Of a DNA stretch of 64,000 bases, positions 33,411-49,512 are shown in pieces. The notes below the pieces were generated by a model, which did not search any database, was not told the origin of the DNA, and saw only the letters and a list, made by a program, of their open reading frames with translations. Source of the DNA: the human T2T-CHM13v2.0 reference genome, Homo sapiens; the NCBI RefSeq assembly GCF_009914755.1, contig NC_060936.1, one strand, 5' to 3'. The position numbers and the translations under genes were made by a program. Position 1 is the stretch's first letter, and every line of letters starts with the position of its first letter.

Positions 33411-33934
33411 CACCGTACAGCACTTGGGGGCCGCAGGGGATCCTGCTGGGATGGGAGGTATTTAAAAAGCCCACAGGCCTCTCCTCCCATAATGTGGGCG
33501 CTCCCACAGCTGGGACCGGAAGCAGGAGGGCCCCCTGCGCTAATCTGCCCTGGCAGCAGCGAGCTGGCACGCCCTGGGTGCATCATCCGGTGTGCTCTGG
33601 TGCCCAAGGTCGGAATACCCTCACTGGTGGCTTGGACACACCCCTGAGCAGCTGATGCTTCTGGACAGATCACACCCTGTCCCGGGCTCTCAAAATGAGG
33701 GCAATGACATGAGCTGCACTGCTCGCTCACGCGTTTGCTGTGAGTTTGGGACAGGAGTGCATGGGAAATGTTTTATGAATGTAAACATGGGACAAATATA
33801 ATTTATGCACGCCTTTATTGGTAGTGCAGCAGATTGACAACAAACGAGGGGAGAAGATAAGGTATTTAAAGGAAATTGCAAGGCTAAATGAAGGTGGGAA
33901 TTAAGACAGTGAAGGAGAACGAAGAAGTTAAAAA

Positions 33935-34225
33935 TAACAACTACCTTTCACCAAGAGCTTATTAGGAGCCAAGGCAGAGGAAAGTGATCTCCAAACATTG
34001 TCTAATTATAGCCAACACTTACATGGTGCTGACCTCATGCCAGGAACTCTTTAAGTGCTTTATGCATAAAAACTCACTGGATCCTCACAACAACTCAGGG
34101 AGGTAGGTCATATCGCTGTCCCGTTCTACACAAGGAAACTGAGGCCCGGACAGCTTAAGTGACTGGCCCAAGGCCACATAGATAGACAGGGCTGGGCAAT
34201 CTGCCTCCTGGAATGTGCTCTTAAA
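33935..34225 (-). mobile_element. MIR SINE(s)
   Basis: ATCCTCACAACAACTC...GGAAACTGAGGCCC...TTAAGTGACTGGCCCAAGGCCACA. Confidence 0.8.
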
Positions 34226-35489
34226 GCCCCACAGTCACAGCCACACCAAAAGGGAGATATTATTATTATCATTCCATTTCCCAAACAAGCAACTGAGGCT
34301 TAGCAGATGTACAAAGCCCGCCTAAAGCCACACTGGGAATATGTGTATTTGAGCCCAGCTTAACCACCCACCAAACTAGGCCTGCAGGAGCTAGGAGGGG
34401 CTTCAGGAATGTGCACAGGTTCTCTCGGAGGGCAGCAGCAGACATACCCACTCTTCCTCTGAGCGGGGAGGGGAAGGTGAGAGCACAGAGGCTGGGCAGG
34501 GCTGATGGGGTTGAGGAAGAGGCTGCTTGGTGGCCTCAACTCCATGGACCGCAGATGGCCAGGCATCTTCTGGCCAGGAAGTGAGAGGTGTGTTGATAGG
34601 CACAGTGGCTGTCCACAGGGATTCCAGCCAGAGCTGTGGGCCCCCCACAAATCTCCATAGGGAGACTAGGGACTGAGGGGTGGGCCTTACAGTGGGAGGT
34701 GGGAGCAGCCCCATCCCTACCACAAGTGCCCCTTAGCCCAGCCCTGACTTCCAGCCCGTTACATAAGCTGCTGCATACCCAGGCCTGGAAATAGCTGAGG
34801 CTGTACCGGCTGGGCTGGGAGACGTGATGAATGGTCCCCAGGAGCATCAGCTGACCGCCCTGTGCTCCTGAAGTGACCTGAGGGCCTGCCAGCAGCTCGG
34901 GTTACCCAGCTCTCCCTGGGAGGCAGCCCTGCCTGGTCTGCTGAGGATGGCTCTGATGTGATTCTGTGTCTGGACATTTATGGTTCGAGTGCCCGCAGGA
35001 TGGTCCCTCTCCCAAGCCTGAGCAGCTAAGGCAGCTCCCAGCCACGCTGTGCCCACTGGCAGCCTCTGGATGCTGGGAGCCAGGGCCTTGCCCAGAGCAA
35101 GCACTTGGATCTCTGCAGACAGTCAGCACTGGGAGGGCTGAGAGCTCTGCTGCTCTGAGTCCTGTGCTAAGGGCCCGCAAGGAAAGAGGAAGAGGAGCCT
35201 GAGAAACTCGGGGTGCACGTGGGGGCTGCAGGTGTCATTCCAGGGCTGCACTCCACCCACATCCCCATGCCTCCTGTTTCACGGCCCACTCTGTTACTGA
35301 ACTGGTGGCCCTGGGCACAGGGGGGCACCCACACACTCTGATGCCCACTGCAGAGGGCAGAGCCACACACCCCTCCAGGGACTAGGCACATACACCCTTA
35401 CTTCTGAGAGTAACGTGGCTAGGCTCAGGAGTGTAGGAGGGCGTTCTCCCAGCATATGGTGATCATATGTTAAGAATTATTATTATGTT

Positions 35490-36502
<1,013 letters not shown>

Positions 36503-36833
36503 GACCAAAATTCAACTTCTCCCTAAAAATATTAATGCTTTAAGTGAAATTATCTCTCTAGTATTCCCCAAATCCTTTAGTGGAATAGGCATAATAGGCA
36601 CTCCCAGGGAGCTAGGACCTGTTTACTCTGATTCCAGGACCTTCTGACAGGTGGGAAGCCCCCAGCTGGAGAAGTGTGGGACATTTTCTAAAAGAGCAGT
36701 GGAAAGTGAGTGAGTTGCCCCATCTGCCTGACCACAGATTGCCTGTCCAATGACAGGAGGGACGCATACATGCACACACACTCCACCTCTCTCCTTGGTG
36801 CTCAGATGTGGGGGCAGAACTCCCCTCCAAACG

Positions 36834-37727
<894 letters not shown>

Positions 37728-37996
37728 GGCATTTTCTCCGCCCTCCCTGTCCCTCTCCCCTTCCTTAGGCCCTGTCTCCCTTCACAGTATCTACAGAACT
37801 CTCTGAGGCGGGGGTCCCAGCTCTGCAGCAAGCCATGAAATGAAGGGCAAATCCCTTCACCTCTGGGTAGCTCAACTTCTCTGGGAAGCAATAACATAGC
37901 AGCTCAGTGTAAGGACTTTGAGGCCACACTGGTCTGGATGCAAATCCATGCTCTGCTACTTCTCAGCTGTGTGACACTGGACATGTTTACTTAACC

Positions 37997-40114
<2,118 letters not shown>

Positions 40115-40499
40115 CATGGCACTTACTGCTTATGTGCAAGATTGTTGAACATTCATCTCTCCTACTTGGCTGTCAGCCCGGGGACAGGAGCTGTGTCTGT
40201 TTTGTTCTGTGCTGTGCTGTGTTTCCAGTGAGAGGGCTGGCCTAGGTGTTTCTCCGAAGTATGTTCCAGCTTTCGGTACCTCTTTATTTCTTATTTCTTC
40301 CTTCCCCTGCTCTCCAAGTTGACCTAAATAGTTTTTGCACCTTTTCTTAGGTTCACTGAATCTCCAAGCAGCGAGGTGTATCTGGAAAGACAGCTCAAGA
40401 ATTAAGGGTGCTCACCCTTAATTACACTCCATTTTCCTCAGGACAGGCTGGAACAGATTTGGGATGGCGAGCCCCCAAACCAGCACTCTACAGATTTCG

Positions 40500-41000
40500 G
40501 GACCCCTCTTAACTCATTTCCCCCATCCTCCCAATGACGTCTATTCGCCTGCAGCAGACCCGAAGGAAGCTTCGGCTCAATGGTTCATTTGCATGCGCCC
40601 GTGCTATTGGTCGGAGGGGCGGCACCGTAGCCAATGGTGTGCAGGGGTGTTGACCGAGCCGCAGCTCTGCGCCGCCGGGTGAGGTAATGGAATCCTGGCT
40701 GGACCTGCTGCGGCTCCCTCCGGACTGGCTAGTGACGTAGCGGCTTCCCCGGCCCCACCCCGCCCAGCCCGGCCGCCCCCGGGAGCGCAGCTGGGGCTCG
40801 GCCCTGTTCCTTCCGGCCCGGCGTTCCGGTCGCGGGCCCCTCAGGGAGGACCCGCCGGGCCAGATCCCATCTCTGGCGACGCGGAGAAAAATCTGGAAGC
40901 CGTCGTCGGAGGATGACCAAATCCTCGCTCCTCTGGGAGTGCGATTACGGGCCTCTCACTTCGTAAATCACGCAGGCCTGAAACGCTCACATTTGTTTAC
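40500..41000. promoter_or_regulatory. Small CpG-rich promoter-like element (CCAAT boxes, CRE-like sites, octamer, GC box)
   Basis: CCAATGACGTC 40531-40541, ATTTGCAT 40587-40594, ATTGG 40606-40610, CCAAT 40631-40635, TGACGTA 40733-40739. Confidence 0.65.
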
Positions 41001-44000
41001 CACGAGCATGTTTGATTTTGTAATTTAACAAATAAAATTGCAGAGGATTTTTAAGAGCCCTGGCCTGGATTTAGGGGAAATCTCGCATTAATTCCAGCTC
41101 TGCCATTTCCGGTCTGGAGACCTTGGCCACTTTCTCTTGGGGCCCTGACGCCTTCCATGGCAACTAAGTAGAGCAAACGTGGAAGTGCTTCGAAAACACC
41201 AAGTGGGGTCTCCTCATCCTTATGCAATCTGGAGAGTGTAACCCCATCTGGGCGGTGTCTCTGGACAGCCCCTGAGCCCTGAGACAGCCCCAGGAAGACC
41301 CGTCTTTGTGTCTCTATTTTTTCGGCCCTTAAATTGCTCTTAAGCCTGGGGAGAGGTCGGGGGACCCCGGCCAGGTAGTTCTTGATCCTCAAGAAGAGGA
41401 AGGAAACCATGAAGGGAATCCCTTCCACAGCCCCTCTCCTTATTCAGGGCCAGGGCCTGAGCAGGGGAGCCCCTTCTCTGCCCAAATGCCCTAGGGAACC
41501 CCCTTGACATCCTTTTACCCCCGCCCCCGAGGGCCAGGATGGAGGTGGAGTGGAAGGGTGTCTCCTAGGTGGGGTGGAGTTTCAGATGCTGTGAGATGGA
41601 AGGGCACCTGGGGAGGGCCACTGAGAGTCTGGCTTATGGTCCTGGGTCCTGTGGCTTACCTTGGCCCACTACTTCCCACCCTCAGGATCTCAGCCCTGCC
41701 CTGCCGCATACCTAAGGTTTGGGGGCAGCCTCTCTCCTCCATGGAGTGCCTTTTCTCTATACCCTGCCTGGTCCTGTCTCTTCTTTCACACTGGGCCCTA
41801 CATTCTCTTCCTCCAGGGAGGCCTCTTGAGACTAGTCCTCTAGATTCTACCCCAATGCCAGCTCAAGGCTTCTTGGAGGCCACTTCTTGGATGTCCTGGC
41901 AATGTTTCCATACCTATTCTTGTGTCCTGCCTCCCCATCAGACTAGGAGCCAGCTTTCTGTGTAGGAGCTTGTCCTCTAGGAACCTCCCACAATGTGGGG
42001 CGTCACTGGCCATGGTGGCCTGTCTCCCCTCTGCTCCGACTCCCTGGGCCATGCACGTTGTTCACCTTTTCTCTCCTCACCTTTCCTATCTGCAATAGGG
42101 GCTGTGAAGCAGTGCCTGTAGAAAGGAGAGGAATTAGATATGAAGGAACAAGAGGCTGGGTAGAAAGAGCACTGGCCTGGGAGTCAGAAGACCAGGGCTA
42201 TGGAGACAGAAGACCAGGGCTATGGTTCTGGCTGGGCAACTCACTAGCTGAGTGACCTGGATCAGGGAGACAACAACAGGGCAGACGTTTACTGGACATT
42301 TGTAATGACTAAGAAGCGACATTGCTCCTATCTGTGCAGCCCCCACGGCCCCCAGTATTCCCAATAAACATACTGGCTGGGCAAAGCTAGGGTAAGCACC
42401 TTGGATGTACAGCTTCAAGACAAGGTCCCAAGTCCTCCAAGTCCTCCTGTATGGAAATGGCAGATCTGCCATGATGTGCCAGACTCCGCTTCATGCTTTA
42501 TGTCTGCTCTCAAAGAGGCACTCTCATGGCAACCCTGTGAGATAGGTTTCTTATCATCTTTGTGTTTGAGGTGAGGAAACTGAAGCCCAGAGAGGGCAAG
42601 TAACTTCCCTGGAGTCATGCAGCTGGTAAGAGGTAGAGCCTCTTGTGGGTTAGGGAAATGAGACTCCTAGGGCAGAGCAGGGAGGAGAACTAACTCTGAG
42701 TGCCTGCTGTGTACAAGGTACCTCCACATCTGTTCAGTCCTCCGACAACCAGTGTCCATCCCAGACCTCTAGAGACTGCTTCTTCCACCATCTCACGCCG
42801 CCTCCACATGCCACCCAAAGCGTGCGTGTTCTGGCATTCCACATTTTAGAATATGTTTTATTTGATTATAAATAGGAGAATATATAATAAAGACAAGTTA
42901 TGCTAAAAGTATTTATGGAAAGGAGAGACCTCTGTGGGCTGGAAGCCTTCATGGAAAAACTGGTAACTGAGCCCTTTTTTTCCCTTCCTGTCTAAATAAA
43001 TGTATTTCTCCCACACAGGCAAATATTTTAAAATGTATTTCAAAAGTTAGACTTCTGGAAAAAGAAAGGAAAAGAGGGGGTGGGGTAGCTGCTCCTCTAA
43101 GAAGCCCATGTGAAAGAAGCTGCTGGGGTAGGAAACAGGAGGGCACAGGGTGAGTGAGGAAAAGTCAGTCCCTTTCCCCCACCCCAACGCCTTGTCATTT
43201 TTGAAGCCTCAGTTTCTTTATCTGCAAATTGACCTAATACTTGAACCTGGGAGAGAAATGTACAGGTTCTTGGGATGTGATTTTGAGAGACAAACTCTGC
43301 AGAGGTTCTTGGAATCATTATGAAGAATGAGAGAAAGGGAATTCTGAGTTGCGCCAAGAGTTTAGGATTTGTCCAGCAAAGGATTTCTGGGGGTGGGCAG
43401 TGGGGTGGAGAGAGGAATGCAGCCCCTGGAATGAGGGCTGAGTGGAGGTGTGGGGCCTCTTTTGGAGAATTTTGAGCACAGAAGAGATTCTTTGCTGCGT
43501 GGGGCCTGGGCTGGGTGCTGGAGATTGTATAGCATGCTCATAATTTAAGGTGGCTCCAAAAAGGATCAGGGGCTAGTGGCTGGCACAGCAGAGCACATGA
43601 CTGGATCCTCCCTAATGGGTGTTCCCCAATGACCTTGCCTGTACGGGGGTATAGGAGCAGAGATGGTAACCCCCAACCCCACCCAGCCAGCCCCAATCCC
43701 ATTGCTCCAACTTTGGCCGGGCCTTCCTGACCAGCCTCTCCTGAGTGGGCAGCTGCTGGGGGAGAAGGATTTGCTCAGGACAGGATGGTTCTTCCATTTC
43801 CAAAGAGGGCTCCAGTCACATGGGAGAGAGAAACCTTCCAAGTGCCTGCACCCCCAGGAAAATTCTTACCATGGAAGCCTGGGCCTGAAGACTCTGGTCA
43901 GAGGAGGGTGGGCTTCCCAGGGCTTCCTGGTCACGGTGGTGGGCCTCTGAGTGCATGAAGCACTCCTTTGGATTGGGGAGAGCAGGGAGAACTAACTCAG

Positions 44001-44479
44001 TATCTACTGTGTACAAGGCACCTCCACAGCTGTTATCATCCTGACAGCCAGATATGGTGGATAATCTGATCATATCATGTTTTAGAGACGAGGAAGCTGA
44101 GGCTCAGGAGGTCAAGTGACTGTCCTAAGTCACACAGTGGTATGGGAGCAGCCAGATCAGTGAATCCATCACCTGGGCTTTGCCGGGGCCTGCACCCCCG
44201 CCTCGGGAAGTGCCCTCTTCAGGAGAAAGTCCTATTTCTCTGTAAGCTGCCTTCTCGTGTGGAAGCTGGGTGCCCTGCTACCTGGGTTCCTTGCCCTTGG
44301 GGTGGCATGAATGCCAAGCGATGCAGGCAGGGCGCCCGCAGACTCAAAGGCCAGGCCCTGTCCTCGCCAGCAGCCGAATCGCTGTGACTTTGGACCGCCA
44401 CCGAGTCTCTCTGGGCCTCGCTCTTTCCACCTCTTCCTGGGGAAGCCCCGGCTAAGTTTCTTTATAACCTAGCCCCAGG

Positions 44480-45450
44480 TGCCCAGCCTCGGAAGGTGTG
44501 AGCGAGACCTCGGCACCCTCACCTGAGAACCAGCTCCCCGGCTCTGGCCGCGGGTTATGTAACCGGGTGTGCGGCGTGGGGGGAGCCGCGGGGCGGGGCG
44601 CTCGCGGCTATTCCGGGCGCCGCTATTTTTAGCCCCATTGATGAGGCTGCGTCGGCCGCCGCCGCCGGGATTCCGGAGACGTCAATGGGCACGCGTCACG
44701 GTCCCCGCCCCGCCCGCCGGGGGAGGCGCGCCGGGGCTGGGACAGCGCGCGGGCGGCCGCGGGCGCGGGGGCGGGGGGCGCCGCGCGGCCGGAACTGCGG
44801 GCGGGGGGCTTCCCGGGGGCGGGGGGCGCTGAGCGGCTGCGGCGCGGCTGCAGGAGCGCGAGGAGGAGGTGGCGGCGGCGGCGGAACTGGCGGGGGTCCC
44901 CTCGCGGCGCCCGGGACCCCCGGCCTCCAGGCATGGGCGCCCCTGCGGTGCAGAGCAGCTCAGGGCCGGCTGGTGCGCGACCCCGGAAAGCGGGGGTGGA
45001 GAGGCGAGCGGAGCCCGCGGGGCCAGGTGAGGGGCTGCCGGGGTGGCGGGAGGTGGGCCCCGGAGAGGCCGGGCAATCTCGGGTCTTCGGTGGATGCCTT
45101 TGGGCGGGCTCGGGGCCACGCCGGAGTCCCGCTTGGAAACTGGGGAGTCGGGGGGGGGACTGGATTCCCAGCGGAACCGCTGGCTCCGAGTCAGCCCCCA
45201 AGGGCGACGGCCAAGGCTTTCTCTCCCCAGTCCGCCAAGGGTGGGGTTTGGCCCACGAGGGGCGCTGGAGGTGGCCAGGCCAGAGAAATTCCTTCCATTT
45301 CTCCGCCGGCTGCGGGAACCGGTTCCAGGAGCGCGGGAGCTCGTCTGCCAGGAGACCCAGCCGGGAGGGACCGATGCTGCGTGATGCAACCCCTTCGAGG
45401 GACTGAGTCAAGAAACCAAGGCTGGGGGTCTCGTGGAGTCAGGCGGAGCT
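44480..45450 (+). promoter_or_regulatory. NR4A1: CpG island, upstream NR4A1 promoter/enhancer with MEF2, CRE-like and D-box motifs
   Basis: Extreme GC/CpG; CTATTTTTAG 44623-44632; CGTCA sites 44680 and 44694; GTTATGTAAC 44554-44563; donor CAG|GTGAGG at 45026. Confidence 0.8.
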
Positions 45451-45459
45451 GGGGATTAG

Positions 45460-45945
<486 letters not shown>

Positions 45946-46292
45946 GGCTCATTCCCTTTTTATGCCTTCGTTTTTGATAGATGACCTGGGGATGGGAGAA
46001 ATGCTGCAGAGGTGGTTTATTTACAGTGAATTGTTAATTTGGTTGTGGGGCTAGTATTAGGGGCACATTGGGAAAACACAGGCTGGGCAGAGGTTGGTAG
46101 GTTCACAACAGTTATGCCCACTGGGTGCTGATGGATTTGGGGGCTGTCGTCGGCCTGGCTTGGGGCCCTAGTGGTGGGGCTACAAGGCTTGCTCCTAGAT
46201 CTACTCCAAGTGAACATTTAAGATCAGTGACTTGGATGGAGACTTAAAAAGGAAGTCAGCTGACTCCGTGTAGTCATCCAGAGCTGTGAGGA

Positions 46293-46332
46293 ATGACAAG
46301 TGCACAGTATAAAATCAAGATTCTAATTGAAG
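46293..46332 (+). CDS. NR4A1: NR4A1 alternative upstream coding segment MTSAQYKIKILIE(G) (start of a +54-aa isoform)
   Basis: ATG 46293, phase-1 donor AAG|GTAACT; joins in frame to 49393-49512 and exon 2; matches my recollection of the longest annotated isoform. Confidence 0.65.
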
Positions 46333-46584
46333 GTAACTGGGCAGAAGGATGGGCCGAGATTAACGGTGTGAATGTGACTGACGATTCCTGTGCTGAGGCC
46401 TCTGCTGGACTTAAGAAAGTCAGCTGAGGAGTTCAGGCCCTGTGCCTGGCTCAAAGGCCCAGGGACCCAGGCCCTTAGCTTCTGCCCTGCTCTCTGGATG
46501 GAGGCTGTGGGACTGCTCTGTGCAGTGTGAAGCCTCCATCCGCTACACAGGTCCAAGTGGGTGGCAGGGGGAGCGAGAATGCCT

Positions 46585-46820
46585 GATTCTGGACTCCTTG
46601 GTTAGGCTCCCTGGGTTCTAATCCCAGTTTTGCCAATTCCTAGCTGTGTGACCTTGGGCAAGTTGCTTAACATTTCTTTCTGGGCCTTAGTTTCCTCATT
46701 GGTAAAATGTGCATAATAATAATCCCTTCCTCATAACATTGTGAGGCTGAAATGAGAAAATGCATGTAAAGTGCTTAATGTATCTGGCACATGTTGTTTA
46801 ACAAATATTAGCTGCTGTTG
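46585..46820 (+). mobile_element. MIR SINE
   Basis: CTAGCTGTGTGACCTTGGGCAAGTTGCTTAAC...AGTTTCCTCAT core. Confidence 0.85.
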
Positions 46821-48709
46821 TTATTGCTAATAATAGTAATATGCCCACTTCTGGGTAGGGATATTGGCCAATGCAGAGCTTGTACTCAGGAGGCCACCAG
46901 GACCTGTCACGCAGAGGGCCTGTCAGCGGTGTCCTGTTGCAAGGGGCAGTTTATTAAGAAAAGACTAAAATACTTGCTAGGAAGGACTAGAATGAGGCTT
47001 CCTGTGGGCCAGTGCAGGGGACAGAGCTGGGATCCAGGGCTGGGGACTTTTAGAGTCAGGGATGTGATTCAACATAAGGAAGAACCTCTGCTCTGGCTCT
47101 TGGATCTGCCGCCAAATGGAAGGGACAGCTCCTGAGCTGGAATGCTCTCCCCACCTAGCTGACCTTCCTCCCAGCACAGCTCCAATGCAGGCATGTGCAT
47201 CCACCACCCTTCCACGCACACTTACTGAGCACCTGCCAGTGCTGAGCAGGGTTTAGAGACTGCAGACTCTGCAGTGATTGAGATGGACAGCGTCCTTAGA
47301 TTCTGGTTGGGTAGACAGGTGATAAACCAGTGAACAGATGTGAACATTAGACCTATGATGAATAAAATCAGGCTAGTGTGGTGGGGTGGGGATGCAAGCT
47401 GTTCAGGGAAGTGACATGGGAATGGAAACCTGGTTGATGAGAAAGAGCCAGTTCTGGGCAGAGGGAATGGCAGATGCAGAGGCCCTGAGTGGGGAGAGAA
47501 GGCCCACGTGATGGGACCATAGTGAGTGGCTGGGAAATGAGGTTGGTGGGGAGCAGGAGCTGGGGACTGAAGTCTGGCCTGATGGTCCACCCCATTTTGG
47601 GGGCCACTTTCTCCTCCTCCAAGCCCACTCAGCCTTTGGTTTGCTCTCTGCACAGTGCAGACTGTACTTGACCTTGGTTCATCCCTTATCAGCTCCTGGG
47701 GCTCTGGGATCTTGGTGTGCTCATTCTTGCCTCTCCTGTTGTTCGGGGCACACTGCCTGGCTCCCGGGGGTCCTCAGTAAATGCTTGTGATGTGACTATT
47801 GAGGGGGGCATTTTGATCTGGAACAAGTGGGGAAACAGATACCTGTTTGAAGATGCTATGAATCATTTGTGGGCACCACCTGGTGCCAAACTCTGGCCCC
47901 CGTTCTGAGAACCAGATGGGGAAGACCTGGGCACTCAGGTTGGGCCTGACTATGGTAGGTGGTATTTGGCCCTCCCTACCCTTCCTCCTCAGCAGTGGGG
48001 TGGTAGGGAGAAAAGACAAAGCTGGGGGAAACTACAGACCAGTTTCGGGGGGATGGGAGGATGACACTGTCATCCTGGAAAGCAGGTGTAGTCCATGGGC
48101 CGGGGCAGGTTGGAAACCTTGTCTTGCTTTCTGTTTGGGGTTAAAGGTGCTCCAGATGTTCCAGTCTGCCCTCCCTTCCCTCCTTGTCTCCTGTGGCCTT
48201 TTCCTGCTTCCCATCATACCCACAGGATCGGGAGGGAGGGGTGCTGACAATGTTGTAAGGGGAGAGCCTGGGTACTGTGGGCCAGAGGATCTTCCCTTGG
48301 CCTGTAGACCTTGGGCAAAGGTCAGGTGGGTGAGGAAGCCCATTGCCCACCCTCTGGGGTCCTCCTCCTCTTTGCCCCTCCTAGCTCCCATCATCTCCTT
48401 CTCTTTTCCCAGACCTCATCTCAGTCTGAAGGGCAGTCCAATAGCCAGTGAAGGCCTGGTCCTGCCCTCACTCTGGTGCGTAGTCGAGAGGAGAGAGCAC
48501 TGGAGGGGATGGAAGAAGAGAAGGGGAGATGTGGGTCAAGGTGCCGTGGCTGAATGGGGTTGGGGGAGAGCTGAAGAGGCTGGGGTGTGGGGTGAGGCAC
48601 ACAGTTGGCTTCCACCCTGGAAGGAGAGGCCAGGTGCCCAGGGTACCTTGGACTAGGAACCAGGGGTTGGGGCTAGCTTTTATGTGTGTGTCCTCATTGA
48701 ACTTCTCCT

Positions 48710-48925
48710 AATATTGATATGTAGTAGATATGTGTATCCAGCACTGTCCTTAAGTCTTTTACACATTAACTTTTTTTTAAGCCTGCTGATAAGCCTGTGA
48801 TTGTTAATTTTACAGATGTCATCATTTTTACAGATGAGGAGCATGAGGTACAAAGAGATTATGTAATTTGCCCAAGGTGATAAGCAGTGGAGCTAGGATT
48901 CGAACCCAGACGGTCTGGGATCCCA
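48710..48925 (-). mobile_element. MIR SINE
   Basis: TTTTACAGATGAGGA...TAATTTGCCCAAGG...GGATTCGAACCCAG. Confidence 0.8.
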
Positions 48926-49392
48926 CATCCACTCTACTCTAAGTTGAGTGGAGCCCCTGTCTCTTGGGGGCCTCCGAGGCTTTAGGGGCCAAACTGGAGC
49001 CCCTTAAGGAGAGTGGGGTATTCCGCTCTGTCCTCACAATAGCTCCCTTTCTGTGCCCGCAGCATGCCCTTTTGTGCATGTCAAAGGCCGAGAGCCAGGA
49101 AGGGTATGAGGTGGAGTTGCTAGATGCTGATGTGTCTATATGGCTCTGAAATGCCCCAGATGCTATCAGCAGCTCCTGGCCACACCCTACACCCCTGGAA
49201 GCAGATTGCCTGGGGCCTCGGCCCCCAGGCTCCAATGCCTAACCCGGGGAGGTCCTTGGGCGCTGGCTTGTCCCCCTCTTGTGGCCTAGGTCCTGCCACT
49301 GCTCCCATTCCTGCGTGTCCTGGGCATGCTGTCTCCAGGGAATGTGCCTGCTGGCTGGTTTCTCTTCACTCACATCGACTCTCCCTCTGTAG

Positions 49393-49512
49393 GCCTCCAC
49401 CATGGACAGAGGCCAGGCCCTGCCCCTCCCAGGCAGCCTGGCTCCTTCTGCTGGGCCCTGAAGGCAGACGGGATAATGTGGTTGGCCAAGGCCTGTTGGT
49501 CCATCCAGAGTG
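49393..49512 (+). CDS. NR4A1: NR4A1 alternative upstream exon (GLHHGQRP...GIMWLAKACWSIQS; internal ATG 49476 gives a +13-aa isoform)
   Basis: Acceptor CTCCCTCTGTAG|, donor GTG|GTAAGT, 120 nt, in frame with MPCIQ via G|AG. Confidence 0.8.

Noticed and set aside
42185-42225. 22-bp-period tandem duplication inside a MIR; similar micro-duplications at 7862, 11964 and 39430
   Set aside because: Ordinary slippage events in neutral repeats.
44633-44689. Resemblance to halves of the CMV enhancer 19-bp repeat (CCCCATTGACGTCAATGGG)
   Set aside because: Only 9-12 nt matches around a CRE; no vector or viral context, so not contamination or an insertion.
47883-48656. 257-aa plus-strand ORF
   Set aside because: Non-ATG start, no homology recognised, no exon-like boundaries.
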